Notes under the pieces: model-generated
Seen by the model: only the letters and a program-made list of their open reading frames with translations
Told to the model about the DNA's origin: nothing
The model's database searches: none
Program-made: the position numbers and the translations under genes
From: a virus
Taxonomy: Duplodnaviria > Caudoviricetes
IMG/VR virus record: IMGVR_UViG_3300034060_000102
Span: 1 to 30,068 of that record
DNA length: 30,068 nucleotides
Direction: 5' to 3' (one strand)
In this document: piece after piece, positions 1-7,245 of the stretch
How the letters are laid out: the number at the start of each line of letters is the position of its first letter
Numbering within the stretch: position 1 is the stretch's first letter

Positions 1-451
1 GCTGACACAATTACGCTTACTGGAGCAACGACTCAAAAGTATGTTGCTCAAGCATTTGTATTAAATGGCACCTACACGACAAGCGTATACTTAAAAGCTG
101 GTACGCATCAGTTTGTACAGCTTATGCTGGGTACTGACCCTACGCCATTTGCTAATTTTGATTTAGTAAACGGAACTGCAAGTGCAACTGGCAGTACCGC
201 AAGCATTGTATCGGCAGGCGGTGGTTGGTATAGATGTTCAATGTCGTTTACATCAGTGCTTGGCACAACAGTATTTATTACTGCCGCAGATTCTTTGGCA
301 ACCCCTCGCTTTCAGCCAACCGCTTCAACGGGTACATATATTGCGTTCGGATACCAATTAGAAACGGGTGACATAGCAACCGACTACATCGCCACCACCA
401 CCGCAGCGGTATCAGTTGGCCCCGTTAGCGGTTTACCCCGTTTGGATTATT
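1..451. repeat. Terminal direct repeat / circular overlap, copy 1
   Basis: 1-451 aligns without gaps to 29618-30068 with 14 substitutions counted by eye. Confidence 0.95.
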
Positions 452-1533
452 TGGGTAGCACTTGCCCTCGCTTGTTGCTGGAGCCACAGCGGACTAACCT
501 TGCCCTATACTCGGAGCAGCTAAACAACGCAGAGTACACCGCAGATAACGCATCCTTTACGGCTAATGCTGCGGCAAGTCCCGATGGGTACACTAACGCT
601 GACCTATTAACTGAAAACAGTTCAGCGGCTACTCACGGGTTTTATGCACCCGTTGTAGGACGAGGCACAACTGGCGCAAACCTTACAACGTCAATTTTCG
701 CCAAATCAAACGGACGTAGGTACATAAACATTAGTGGTGGTTTTGATAGCTCAAATTACTACAACGCAGTTTTTGACTTGCAAAATGGAGTAGTAAGCAC
801 GACTGGTAATTCTGGCGCTGGTACAAGCCCAGTAGCCTCTATCGTTTCTTATGGAAATGGATGGTATCGCTGCATCGTTACTGGAAGCGTTACGGGGTTA
901 CCCAACCGACTTTCGTTTATATACTTGTCAAATTCTACTACTGGTAACGGTGTGGGCGGTGCAACGTACACGGGCAACGGAACAAGCGGAGCGTACTTTT
1001 ACGGATTCCAAATAGAGGAAGCATCATACGCCACCTCGTACATCCCCACATTAGGAGCGAGCGTTACAAGGGTTGCGGATGCTGCTTCAAAGACGGGCAT
1101 TACCTCTTTGATTGGGCAGACGGAGGGGACTTTGTTTTTGGAAATATCTACTTTAGCAAATGATGGTGTCGCTAAAGCAATTAGTTTAAGCGACAACAGT
1201 AATGCAAACATTATTGAGTTTGCTTATTTTGGAAATAATCAATATAATTTCATAGTTAGAAGGGCAGGTGGCGCGACCTACAATTTTGCCGCAACTTTAA
1301 CTAATGTTACTGCAATGACAAAATTTGCATTCTCTTACAAACAAAATGACTTTGCTTTGTATATTAACGGGTCGCAAATTAACGTATTTACTTCGGGCAA
1401 TGTCCCAATTAGCTTGGATACTTTTAAGACTGCGCTTGGCGATAGTTCTCTACCATTCGATGGGAAGGTAAGCCAAGTCCTACTATTCAAGACCCGTTTA
1501 ACTAACGCCCAACTGGCTGAACTAACCGCCTAA
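1..1533 (+). CDS. Fibre/receptor-binding protein, 3' part (true start at 29351 across the circular junction, ~599 aa); two GWYRC repeat domains plus C-terminal LamG/ConA-like domain
   Basis: Frame open from base 1 and continuous with the 29351 ORF. T/S/G/A-rich, with two repeats 'FDL.NG...ASIVS.G.GWYRC...G.Q.E...AT.YI.T' and a LamG-like end 'FALYING...FDGKVSQVLLFKTRLTNAQLAELT'. Confidence 0.8.
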   Translation, partial: ADTITLTGATTQKYVAQAFVLNGTYTTSVYLKAGTHQFVQLMLGTDPTPFANFDLVNGTASATGSTASIVSAGGGWYRCSMSFTSVLGTTVFITAADSLATPRFQPTASTGTYIAFGYQLETGDIATDYIATTTAAVSVGPVSGLPRLDYLGSTCPRLLLEPQRTNLALYSEQLNNAEYTADNASFTANAAASPDGYTNADLLTENSSAATHGFYAPVVGRGTTGANLTTSIFAKSNGRRYINISGGFDSSNYYNAVFDLQNGVVSTTGNSGAGTSPVASIVSYGNGWYRCIVTGSVTGLPNRLSFIYLSNSTTGNGVGGATYTGNGTSGAYFYGFQIEEASYATSYIPTLGASVTRVADAASKTGITSLIGQTEGTLFLEISTLANDGVAKAISLSDNSNANIIEFAYFGNNQYNFIVRRAGGATYNFAATLTNVTAMTKFAFSYKQNDFALYINGSQINVFTSGNVPISLDTFKTALGDSSLPFDGKVSQVLLFKTRLTNAQLAELTA

Positions 1534-1544
1534 TTCAACATACG

Positions 1545-1937
1545 ATGAAATTCCTAAAATACGAGTTTACTCCAGCCCAATGGGCTACGGCTAAAGCAAA
1601 GATTGAGTTAACGGGTACAGACCCCGAAGGCGAAACCTACACCTATTGGAACTCCGAGCTGGTTACGGCAGTAGTTGAATTAGGCTACATCTGCCTTGAA
1701 TACGGCAAGGATGCCGAAGGGATGCCCGTGTGCATCAAGTCATCACCAAAGTACGCAGTTGACATCCTATGGGCAAACGAGCCAATGGTTACGTCTTTTG
1801 CTTCTTACGTGGTATGGCCAGAGCCTTGTGGTATTCACATCTTCGCAGGCTGGGAATCAGCATACGAAACAGAGTACTGCGTTGCTAACCCCGATGCACC
1901 ATACTGCAAGCCTCCAGTACCACCCGTATTTGAGTAA
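1545..1937 (+). CDS. Hypothetical protein, fibre-associated (possible chaperone)
   Basis: 130-aa ORF directly after the fibre gene; function inferred from position only. Confidence 0.7.
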   Translation: MKFLKYEFTPAQWATAKAKIELTGTDPEGETYTYWNSELVTAVVELGYICLEYGKDAEGMPVCIKSSPKYAVDILWANEPMVTSFASYVVWPEPCGIHIFAGWESAYETEYCVANPDAPYCKPPVPPVFE

Positions 1938-1939
1938 CG

Positions 1940-2110
1940 ATGACAAAGGAGTCAGCCGATAGCGTTGTAACGTCTTGGTCTTTAACGGGAGCAGGACTTC
2001 TCGTAAGCTACGCCCATCAAATGTTGGGTTTAGCCGTACTTGTAACCTCACTTGCGTACACTCTTTGGAAGTGGCGAAGGGACTACAAGAAGGACAAAGG
2101 TGCTAATTGA
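1940..2110 (+). CDS. Small membrane protein, holin/antiholin-like (56 aa, not in ORF track)
   Basis: MTKESADSVVTSWSLTGAGLLVSYAHQMLGLAVLVTSLAYTLWKWRRDYKKDKGAN; hydrophobic segments with a basic tail; fills the gap in the lysis region. Confidence 0.65.
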   Translation: MTKESADSVVTSWSLTGAGLLVSYAHQMLGLAVLVTSLAYTLWKWRRDYKKDKGAN

Positions 2111-2303
2111 GCGAATCTTCAAGAACCCTAAGACCACCATCTTGGGGCTTCTTATTATAGCACTATGCTTCGTACTCGTTTGGGGAGGCCGTGCAACTTT
2201 AACGGAGGTCTCGACTTTTATGGTCGGGGCTTTCGCACTTATGTTTTTCAAAGACGGTAAAGAAGATGGCAAAGCAACAGGCGGTAAGCCAAAGGATCAG
2301 TAA
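2100..2303 (+). CDS. Putative holin (2 TM segments)
   Basis: GTG start at 2100; KNPKTTILGLLIIALCFVLVW and VSTFMVGAFALMFFKD; charged C-terminus; upstream of endolysin. Confidence 0.65.
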   Translation: MLIERIFKNPKTTILGLLIIALCFVLVWGGRATLTEVSTFMVGAFALMFFKDGKEDGKATGGKPKDQ

Positions 2304-2394
2304 GAGCAAGAAGCGAGGCAAGCACTCTAAGAGTGCAAGCAGCAACAAGGCGAGTAAGAACTACTCCAAGCCCTACAAGTCGCAGGGTAGGTAG
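2266..2394 (+). CDS. Small highly basic protein (42 aa, ends YKSQGR; not in ORF track)
   Basis: MAKQQAVSQRISKSKKRGKHSKSASSNKASKNYSKPYKSQGR; overlaps the end of the holin gene. Confidence 0.6.
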   Translation: MAKQQAVSQRISKSKKRGKHSKSASSNKASKNYSKPYKSQGR

Positions 2395-2449
2395 TTTTGA
2401 AGTTTCCCTTTAGGCCAACCTAAGCACTATGCAAAAAGCGAATAATGCT

Positions 2450-2498
2450 AAGTCAAATGAGCATAAATCACGCAAAGTGTAAAGTCAAATGAGCATAA
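2450..2498. repeat. 17-bp direct repeat AAGTCAAATGAGCATAA x2 upstream of endolysin
   Basis: Exact copies at 2450-2466 and 2482-2498 (32-bp period). Confidence 0.85.
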
Positions 2499-2531
2499 TG
2501 TGTAAAACCCACAACTTTTGATATTGAAAAT

Positions 2532-2957
2532 GTGACCAAGAACTTTACCCTCCAAGAACTGACTGCTACAAAAACAGGGCTTCCTAACGCTTTACCCAAG
2601 CACTTGGAACCCAACCTCCGTGCGCTTGCAGAAAACGTCTTACAACCCACGAGAGATGCATTAGGGGCGCTCAAAGTAACGAGTGCCTACCGCAGCCCTG
2701 CGGTCAACTCCAAAGTAGGGGGCGCCAAGACCTCGCAGCACGTGCAGGCTCAAGCGGCTGACCTCAAGTGCGAAGCAGGCAACGATGTGTTGTTCCATTG
2801 GATTAAGGATAATTTAGATTTTGATCAGCTCATTTGGGAATTTGGCTCTGATACTGCGCCAGCTTGGGTTCACGTTAGTTATTCTAATACCAAGAATCGC
2901 AAACAAATCCTAAAAGCAGTAAAGCACAATGGCAAAACCAAGTACCTCACCTTTTGA
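2532..2957 (+). CDS. Endolysin, peptidase M15A family
   Basis: NFTLQEL, TSAYRSPAVN, SQH(x6)D zinc motif, DQLIWEF, WVHVSY. Confidence 0.92.
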   Translation: MTKNFTLQELTATKTGLPNALPKHLEPNLRALAENVLQPTRDALGALKVTSAYRSPAVNSKVGGAKTSQHVQAQAADLKCEAGNDVLFHWIKDNLDFDQLIWEFGSDTAPAWVHVSYSNTKNRKQILKAVKHNGKTKYLTF

Positions 2958-3042
2958 TAACTGGCTCAATGAACTCGAAACTAAACCCCAACCGACTTGC
3001 AATGTGGACAATCCTGCTGACTGCGACTCTTGCGGCTCTTAG
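2929..3042 (+). CDS. 37-aa acidic peptide ending CNVDNPADCDSCGS (not in ORF track)
   Basis: MAKPSTSPFDNWLNELETKPQPTCNVDNPADCDSCGS; bridges endolysin and spanin, overlapping both; terminal CxxC. Confidence 0.55.
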   Translation: MAKPSTSPFDNWLNELETKPQPTCNVDNPADCDSCGS

Positions 3043-3376
3043 CAGTTGCGCTTCTGTGAAACCAGTCCTCGAGAGTGTGATTGTAAGGGACACGGTCATT
3101 GTCACCAAGACAAAGTACCTAACCGACACTCTGGAACTCTACAAGGACACGACAATCTACCAAGACAAGGTAAGGCTTCAGCTCCAGTACATCGACCGAA
3201 AGGTGTACGTTGAGGCTACGTGCTTGCCAGATACCATCCGTGTAACGCAGACCAAGATCCTCACGAAGGAAAAGAAGCAGAGGGGATGGACTTTGGAAGG
3301 CGCAGCGGTTACGCTTGGACTCATCCTTGTCGCTGCGTACTTCATCAAGAAGTGGATAGACAAGCTCGTAGAGTAG
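3002..3376 (+). CDS. Putative unimolecular spanin (u-spanin) lipoprotein
   Basis: ATG 3002 gives signal peptide MWTILLTATLAALSS-C (lipobox), a beta-rich middle and a C-terminal TM segment (AAVTLGLILVAAYFI) followed by KK. Confidence 0.75.
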   Translation: MWTILLTATLAALSSCASVKPVLESVIVRDTVIVTKTKYLTDTLELYKDTTIYQDKVRLQLQYIDRKVYVEATCLPDTIRVTQTKILTKEKKQRGWTLEGAAVTLGLILVAAYFIKKWIDKLVE

Positions 3377-3455
3377 GTTTATTTGGCTTCTGCTGCACTT
3401 AAATACTAAAATGGTATAAGTGTATGCCTTTAGGTATTTGGATGCGTTAAAACGC

Positions 3456-3655
3456 AACTTCTTTCTTTTTCTTTATTAAGTTTCTTTTTCTTTAAGTTGT
3501 TTGGTAAAGTTAAGAGTTGACTAACTATCAACTTAAGTTAACTTGTAAGTTGATTAATTAGTTAAGTTAAGTAAGTTAACTATTCAACTTGTAAAAAAAA
3601 AGGAATAAATTTGACATACGCAAGTACTTATGTTAATTTGTAATGATTCTAAATA
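3456..3655. other. AT-rich non-coding region with nested palindromes; candidate replication origin/control region
   Basis: Pyrimidine tract, then many AAGTT(A/G)A / T(T/C)AACTT half-sites; palindromes AACTTAAGTT 3530-3539 and AAGTTAACTT 3535-3544; A-run. Confidence 0.5.
3606..3613 (+). promoter_or_regulatory. Possible Bacteroidota sigma70 -7 element (TAAATTTG)
   Basis: Matches TAnnTTTG upstream of the early gene block. Confidence 0.35.
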
Positions 3656-3701
3656 ATGAATGACCATATCTACATTTATTGGGATGACGTACCTTTGGCT
3701 A

Positions 3702-3971
3702 ATGACACCAAAGTACTACATCGGCAAGACGTTGAAGATAGAGGCGAAGGATGTGGTGATGGACTTCCAACCAGATAATTACAATCTGGGAACTGCCCTC
3801 ACCTACCTAATGCGTGCAGGCAAGAAACCGCACAACCCTATCTGCGATGACATCCGCAAGGCCATCGCTCACCTACAATTTGAACTTGAACGCCAAGATG
3901 AGCAGCCAACAATTAGCGCAACAAGCGAAGGAAGCCAAACAACAACAGCAAAATATGCAGTACTATACTAA
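3702..3971 (+). CDS. DUF3310/SaV-like protein
   Basis: PKYY..IEAKDVV..F..NYNLGTALTYLMRAGKK..DDIRKAIAHL pattern; ATG 3702 preferred. Confidence 0.75.
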   Translation: MTPKYYIGKTLKIEAKDVVMDFQPDNYNLGTALTYLMRAGKKPHNPICDDIRKAIAHLQFELERQDEQPTISATSEGSQTTTAKYAVLY

Positions 3972-4155
3972 CCCTGCCAAACGCAGGAAGATAGACTTCA
4001 TCCTTGAGGAATGTGCTACGCTGATGGCCAACTGCGATTCGGATTACCAATCTCGCCAACAGGCGAAATACAAAGAGCAAGAGCTACTCGGTGAGATTGC
4101 CAAGATAGACCTGCACTTCGCCATACAATGCGGCTATCTGATTCCCGACAACTGA
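3955..4155 (+). CDS. Hypothetical protein
   Basis: Overlaps both neighbours; start at 3955 or 3898. Confidence 0.6.
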   Translation: MQYYTNPAKRRKIDFILEECATLMANCDSDYQSRQQAKYKEQELLGEIAKIDLHFAIQCGYLIPDN

Positions 4156-4508
4156 TCTACAAGGTCGTAGTAGGCAAGGTTCCAAGCCTTAACGCCTTCT
4201 ACGCTTCCAAGCATTGGACAGTCCGAGCCAAAGCCAAAGAGAAGCATTGCGGTGAAGTCTTGTTACAACTGCAACAGTTGGACAAATACGAGCTTGCCCA
4301 CGTTGAAATCAAATGCAGAGTCCATTACCGCTACGACTTGGACAACAGCGTGATGGCAATTAAGTTTGCCCTTGATGCGTTCAAGCAATGGGGAGGGGTA
4401 AAGGATGACTCACCCAAATACGTTGACAGAATCAAGATGACCTACGACCCCTCGCTTCCAAAAGACACCGCAGAAATTACATTCACGGGTTGGGTGGTAA
4501 CAGAATAA
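4128..4508 (+). CDS. rusA: RusA-like Holliday junction resolvase
   Basis: VPSLN, DLDNSVMAIKFALDAF, GVKDDSPKYV (DxDN..K..D..DD catalytic pattern). Confidence 0.8.
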   Translation: MRLSDSRQLIYKVVVGKVPSLNAFYASKHWTVRAKAKEKHCGEVLLQLQQLDKYELAHVEIKCRVHYRYDLDNSVMAIKFALDAFKQWGGVKDDSPKYVDRIKMTYDPSLPKDTAEITFTGWVVTE

Positions 4509-4520
4509 GTTGTATATTTG
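4490..4520 (+). promoter_or_regulatory. Bacteroidota-type sigma70 promoter (TTG-N20-TATATTTG)
   Basis: TATATTTG 4513-4520, TTG 4490-4492. Confidence 0.7.
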
Positions 4521-4528
4521 CATAACTT

Positions 4529-4540
4529 AAAACCAATCAG
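4529..4540 (+). promoter_or_regulatory. Shared early-gene leader motif AAAACCAATC (also at 4682, 5214, 8759, 9190, 10777, 11712)
   Basis: The core motif ends 1-7 nt before the start codon of six or seven genes. Confidence 0.75.
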
Positions 4541-4542
4541 TT

Positions 4543-4683
4543 ATGACTTTATCTTTTTCTTCAGACGTTTACACCGAAATGGTGCAAGTGCAACAAGCAC
4601 AAATCCAAGCACTTCAAAATAAGATACAAGAGCTTCAAGCTCGTATTGATGTATTGGAGCAGCAATCAATTCTATTTATCTAA
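4543..4683 (+). CDS. Small coiled-coil protein (46 aa, not in ORF track)
   Basis: MTLSFSSDVYTEMVQVQQAQIQALQNKIQELQARIDVLEQQSILFI; heptad pattern; follows promoter and leader motif. Confidence 0.75.
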   Translation: MTLSFSSDVYTEMVQVQQAQIQALQNKIQELQARIDVLEQQSILFI

Positions 4684-4697
4684 AACCAATCTATACT

Positions 4698-5135
4698 ATG
4701 TCAAAAATTATTTCAATCACCCCAACAGGCCAATGGCAAGACCTCTTTAAGTTAGAGGTTCGCTTCGACAACGGAGACTTCGGTACTGCCTTTGCTAAAT
4801 CACAAACCCCACCCTATGCCGTAGGCGAAGACGTGGAGTACACCAAGAATGAAAAGGGTACGATCAAGATCCAACGCGCCAATGCTTTTGGCGGTGGTGG
4901 GTACACCCAGTCCGCACCATCTAGTCCTTCATTCGCTGCTAAGACAGATGACCGTTCCGCTTCTATCATTCGCCAAGTGGCGTTGAAGGCTGCGGTAGAG
5001 TACGCCTGTGCTGCCCAGCACGATGTGAACACCATCCTCGCCAACGCAGAGACCTTCAATGCTTGGATGACTGGTGCAAGTTCAGCTCCTGCATCACACA
5101 CCGAGCATTTCGCAAATCGCAACGACCCTTTCTGA
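4698..5135 (+). CDS. Putative single-stranded DNA-binding protein
   Basis: OB-like beta N-terminus, G/S/P linker, SIIRQVALKAA helix, C-terminal NDPF; next to helicase. Confidence 0.5.
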   Translation: MSKIISITPTGQWQDLFKLEVRFDNGDFGTAFAKSQTPPYAVGEDVEYTKNEKGTIKIQRANAFGGGGYTQSAPSSPSFAAKTDDRSASIIRQVALKAAVEYACAAQHDVNTILANAETFNAWMTGASSAPASHTEHFANRNDPF

Positions 5136-5187
5136 TTGGTTTTTAATTAGGTCGTTGTGTGAAGCCCCTCTACGGAGGGGTTTTTTT
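5118..5187 (+). ncRNA. Candidate 3'-end-derived antisense sRNA (seed hairpin plus terminator)
   Basis: 10-bp stem 5118-5127/5150-5159; 22-nt loop containing CTGATTGGTTTT, the reverse complement of the leader motif. Confidence 0.5.
5162..5187 (+). terminator. Rho-independent terminator
   Basis: CCCCTC-TACG-GAGGGG (cUACGg tetraloop) followed by T7. Confidence 0.9.
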
Positions 5188-5203
5188 ATGTCAATTATTT
5201 TCC

Positions 5204-5211
5204 TATATTTG
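5204..5211 (+). promoter_or_regulatory. Bacteroidota sigma70 -7 element TATATTTG for the helicase operon
   Basis: Directly after the terminator, 18 nt before ATG 5230. Confidence 0.65.
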
Positions 5212-5229
5212 TCAAACCAATTAGAAACA

Positions 5230-6162
5230 ATGATACATCCCGACTTACTGAGCAACGAATCTTCGCTGCCATACCTCCAACGCGCCCTCAAGGGCAAATA
5301 CTACGACACTGGCAAGCTTGGTGTTTTTGAAGTAGACCAATATCTCCGCCTAAAGGATGGCGAGTTTGTGGTTGTGGTAGGCCACGCCAACGTGGGCAAG
5401 ACCCACACGCTGCTTTATCTGATGCTGCTTCAGTCGTATAACTTTGGCAAGAAGTGGCTGATATATTCGGCAGAGAACGAAGTGCCAAGTCTAAAGCGCA
5501 AGCTGATTGAGTTCCTCGTTTGTAAACCCATTCAAGGGATTGATGAGGGTATGATGTACCGCAAGCTGGACTTCATAAACGAGTACTTCCAATTTATAGA
5601 CGGCAATCGGCTTTTTACCGCCTTTGAATTACTTGAGGTGATGAGCAGCATCAAGAACGAGTGGAATTATACAGGCGCATTGATAGACCCTTACAACTCC
5701 CTATCAACAGACCAAAAGAAATTAGGCAAGACAGGGATGCACGAATACCATTATGAGGTAGCCTCTGCCCTTCGGGTATTCGCACACCAGAACAACGTCA
5801 CGACAATCGTAAACGCTCACCCAGTAACCGAAGCGATGCGTAAGGTGTTCTACAAAGGCCACCCATACGAGGGTATGGCGATGCCTCCAAACACTTCAGA
5901 CATCGAAGGTGGTGGTAAGTGGGGCAACCGTAGCGACTGTGTAATCGTGATTCACCGCTTTGCTGCTCACGAAACCGATTGGATATATACTCACATCCAC
6001 GTTCGTAAGGTCAAGGAGATGGAGTCGGGTGGGCGAGTAACGCCCCTTGAAACACCGCTTGTCTTACAGAGCGTGTTGGGTAATGTCGGTTTTGTGATAA
6101 ATGGCCGTAACTTGCTGCCAATTAAAATGGATGAAACACCTGCGACTGATGTACCCTTCTGA
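5230..6162 (+). CDS. SF4 replicative helicase (DnaB/T7 gp4/Twinkle-like), no primase domain
   Basis: Walker A GHANVGKT, SAEN, Walker B LIDPYNSL, NAHP, DIEGGGKWGNRSD; ATG 5230 preferred because the longer ORF spans a terminator. Confidence 0.9.
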   Translation: MIHPDLLSNESSLPYLQRALKGKYYDTGKLGVFEVDQYLRLKDGEFVVVVGHANVGKTHTLLYLMLLQSYNFGKKWLIYSAENEVPSLKRKLIEFLVCKPIQGIDEGMMYRKLDFINEYFQFIDGNRLFTAFELLEVMSSIKNEWNYTGALIDPYNSLSTDQKKLGKTGMHEYHYEVASALRVFAHQNNVTTIVNAHPVTEAMRKVFYKGHPYEGMAMPPNTSDIEGGGKWGNRSDCVIVIHRFAAHETDWIYTHIHVRKVKEMESGGRVTPLETPLVLQSVLGNVGFVINGRNLLPIKMDETPATDVPF

Positions 6163-6460
6163 CGACTCACACGACCTTTACATTCGGGAGAAGCAGTTGA
6201 TGCTTGCAGGTACCGCGATGTGGTTGGCGCAGCAAGCAGCAGACAAGGCAAAAGGCAGAGAGGTACAAGATGACATCCTGCACCACGTTATGAGCTGCCA
6301 TTACGCAGACCTACTATTGCAGCAGTTCATTGACTACCGCCAGTTCACGGAAGGCAAGATGAACGAGATGTACTTGGCAAACGCCAAGCTGCGGATTGAT
6401 AGCGAGCAAATGATATACGAGATACAACGCCTGCAAGGGATTATTGAGGACTCGCTATGA
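6149..6460 (+). CDS. Hypothetical protein (C-terminal coiled coil)
   Basis: ATG 6149 overlaps the helicase end; ATGA coupling to the next gene. Confidence 0.65.
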   Translation: MYPSDDSHDLYIREKQLMLAGTAMWLAQQAADKAKGREVQDDILHHVMSCHYADLLLQQFIDYRQFTEGKMNEMYLANAKLRIDSEQMIYEIQRLQGIIEDSL

Positions 6461-6687
6461 AGCAAATACTCTCCCCCTTTCAGAAGTACGAATGTTTCTC
6501 GGTTGACGGACACGACTACCTCGTGACCGATGTAACGATAATCCAAGACAAGGATGACAATTTAGTGGAATGGGCGAGTGAGATGAAGTTCAAAAGACTT
6601 TCAGACCACAAGCACTACACTATGCCAATTACCAAGATATTAACCAATCACAAAGAGGGCAGGGCTAAACACTGCAAATGCAAATGA
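6457..6687 (+). CDS. Hypothetical protein
   Basis: Translationally coupled 76-aa ORF. Confidence 0.65.
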   Translation: MKQILSPFQKYECFSVDGHDYLVTDVTIIQDKDDNLVEWASEMKFKRLSDHKHYTMPITKILTNHKEGRAKHCKCK

Positions 6688-7097
6688 GACCATTCGAATT
6701 ACGCCAATTAAAAGTATCTAAAGAGCAATACTTCGCCCGTCTTGGGTTTCAAGACAATGGAAGCCGAGCGCATAAAGAAAGCACCGCAAGAGCAGCATTC
6801 GTTTCAGCATTCCGAAACCACGCCACATTACACGAGTTAGGTGAGGCCATTGACAAAGACCATTCGAGCGTAGCCTATGCCGTAAGAATGCATAAAGATC
6901 GCCTTATTTACGGGGACTATCAGCACTACTACAAGGTCGCTTGCTGCGTTCTTGAAGAAAACCCGATGGCCTGCATTGATAAGCCCGACTTTCAATCTTT
7001 AGAATTGGAACTAAATAAACTCAATGAAGTCGTTGCGGAGTTATCTAAATACAAGGAATTGTATCTAACTCTTAAACGCACATTTGATGAATTTTAA
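6684..7097 (+). CDS. DnaA domain IV-like HTH DNA-binding protein
   Basis: ARAAF..TLHELGEAIDKDHSSVAYAVR resembles the DnaA C-terminal signature SL..IG..F.RDHSTV.HA. Confidence 0.7.
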   Translation: MRPFELRQLKVSKEQYFARLGFQDNGSRAHKESTARAAFVSAFRNHATLHELGEAIDKDHSSVAYAVRMHKDRLIYGDYQHYYKVACCVLEENPMACIDKPDFQSLELELNKLNEVVAELSKYKELYLTLKRTFDEF

Positions 7098-7245
7098 CGT
7101 AGGACTTTACCCAATTTATGGGCTTATCGTAGGGGCTAACTGGTCAAAGACCGACTACCTTGAAGAAGATATTGTGATGCACACGGTGCAATTTGCTCTG
7201 TTTGTTGTAATTGTAGAAATCACTTGGGACTCCTCGCAGTATTAG
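7087..7245 (+). CDS. Hypothetical small protein (52 aa, not in ORF track)
   Basis: MNFNVGLYPIYGLIVGANWSKTDYLEEDIVMHTVQFALFVVIVEITWDSSQY fills the gap and overlaps both neighbours. Confidence 0.6.
   Translation: MNFNVGLYPIYGLIVGANWSKTDYLEEDIVMHTVQFALFVVIVEITWDSSQY

Noticed and set aside
1-451. Diversity-generating retroelement (TR/VR pair) in the fibre gene
   Set aside because: Differences between the copies are not adenine-specific, are mostly synonymous, and there is no reverse transcriptase gene.
2450-2498. Mini CRISPR array
   Set aside because: Only two 17-bp repeats with a 15-bp spacer; no cas genes.
2954-3001. Longer start for the spanin ORF
   Set aside because: ATG 3002 gives a proper lipoprotein signal peptide.
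5074-5229. N-terminal extension of the helicase in the ORF track
   Set aside because: It spans the SSB-like gene end, a terminator and a promoter; ATG 5230 has the leader motif.
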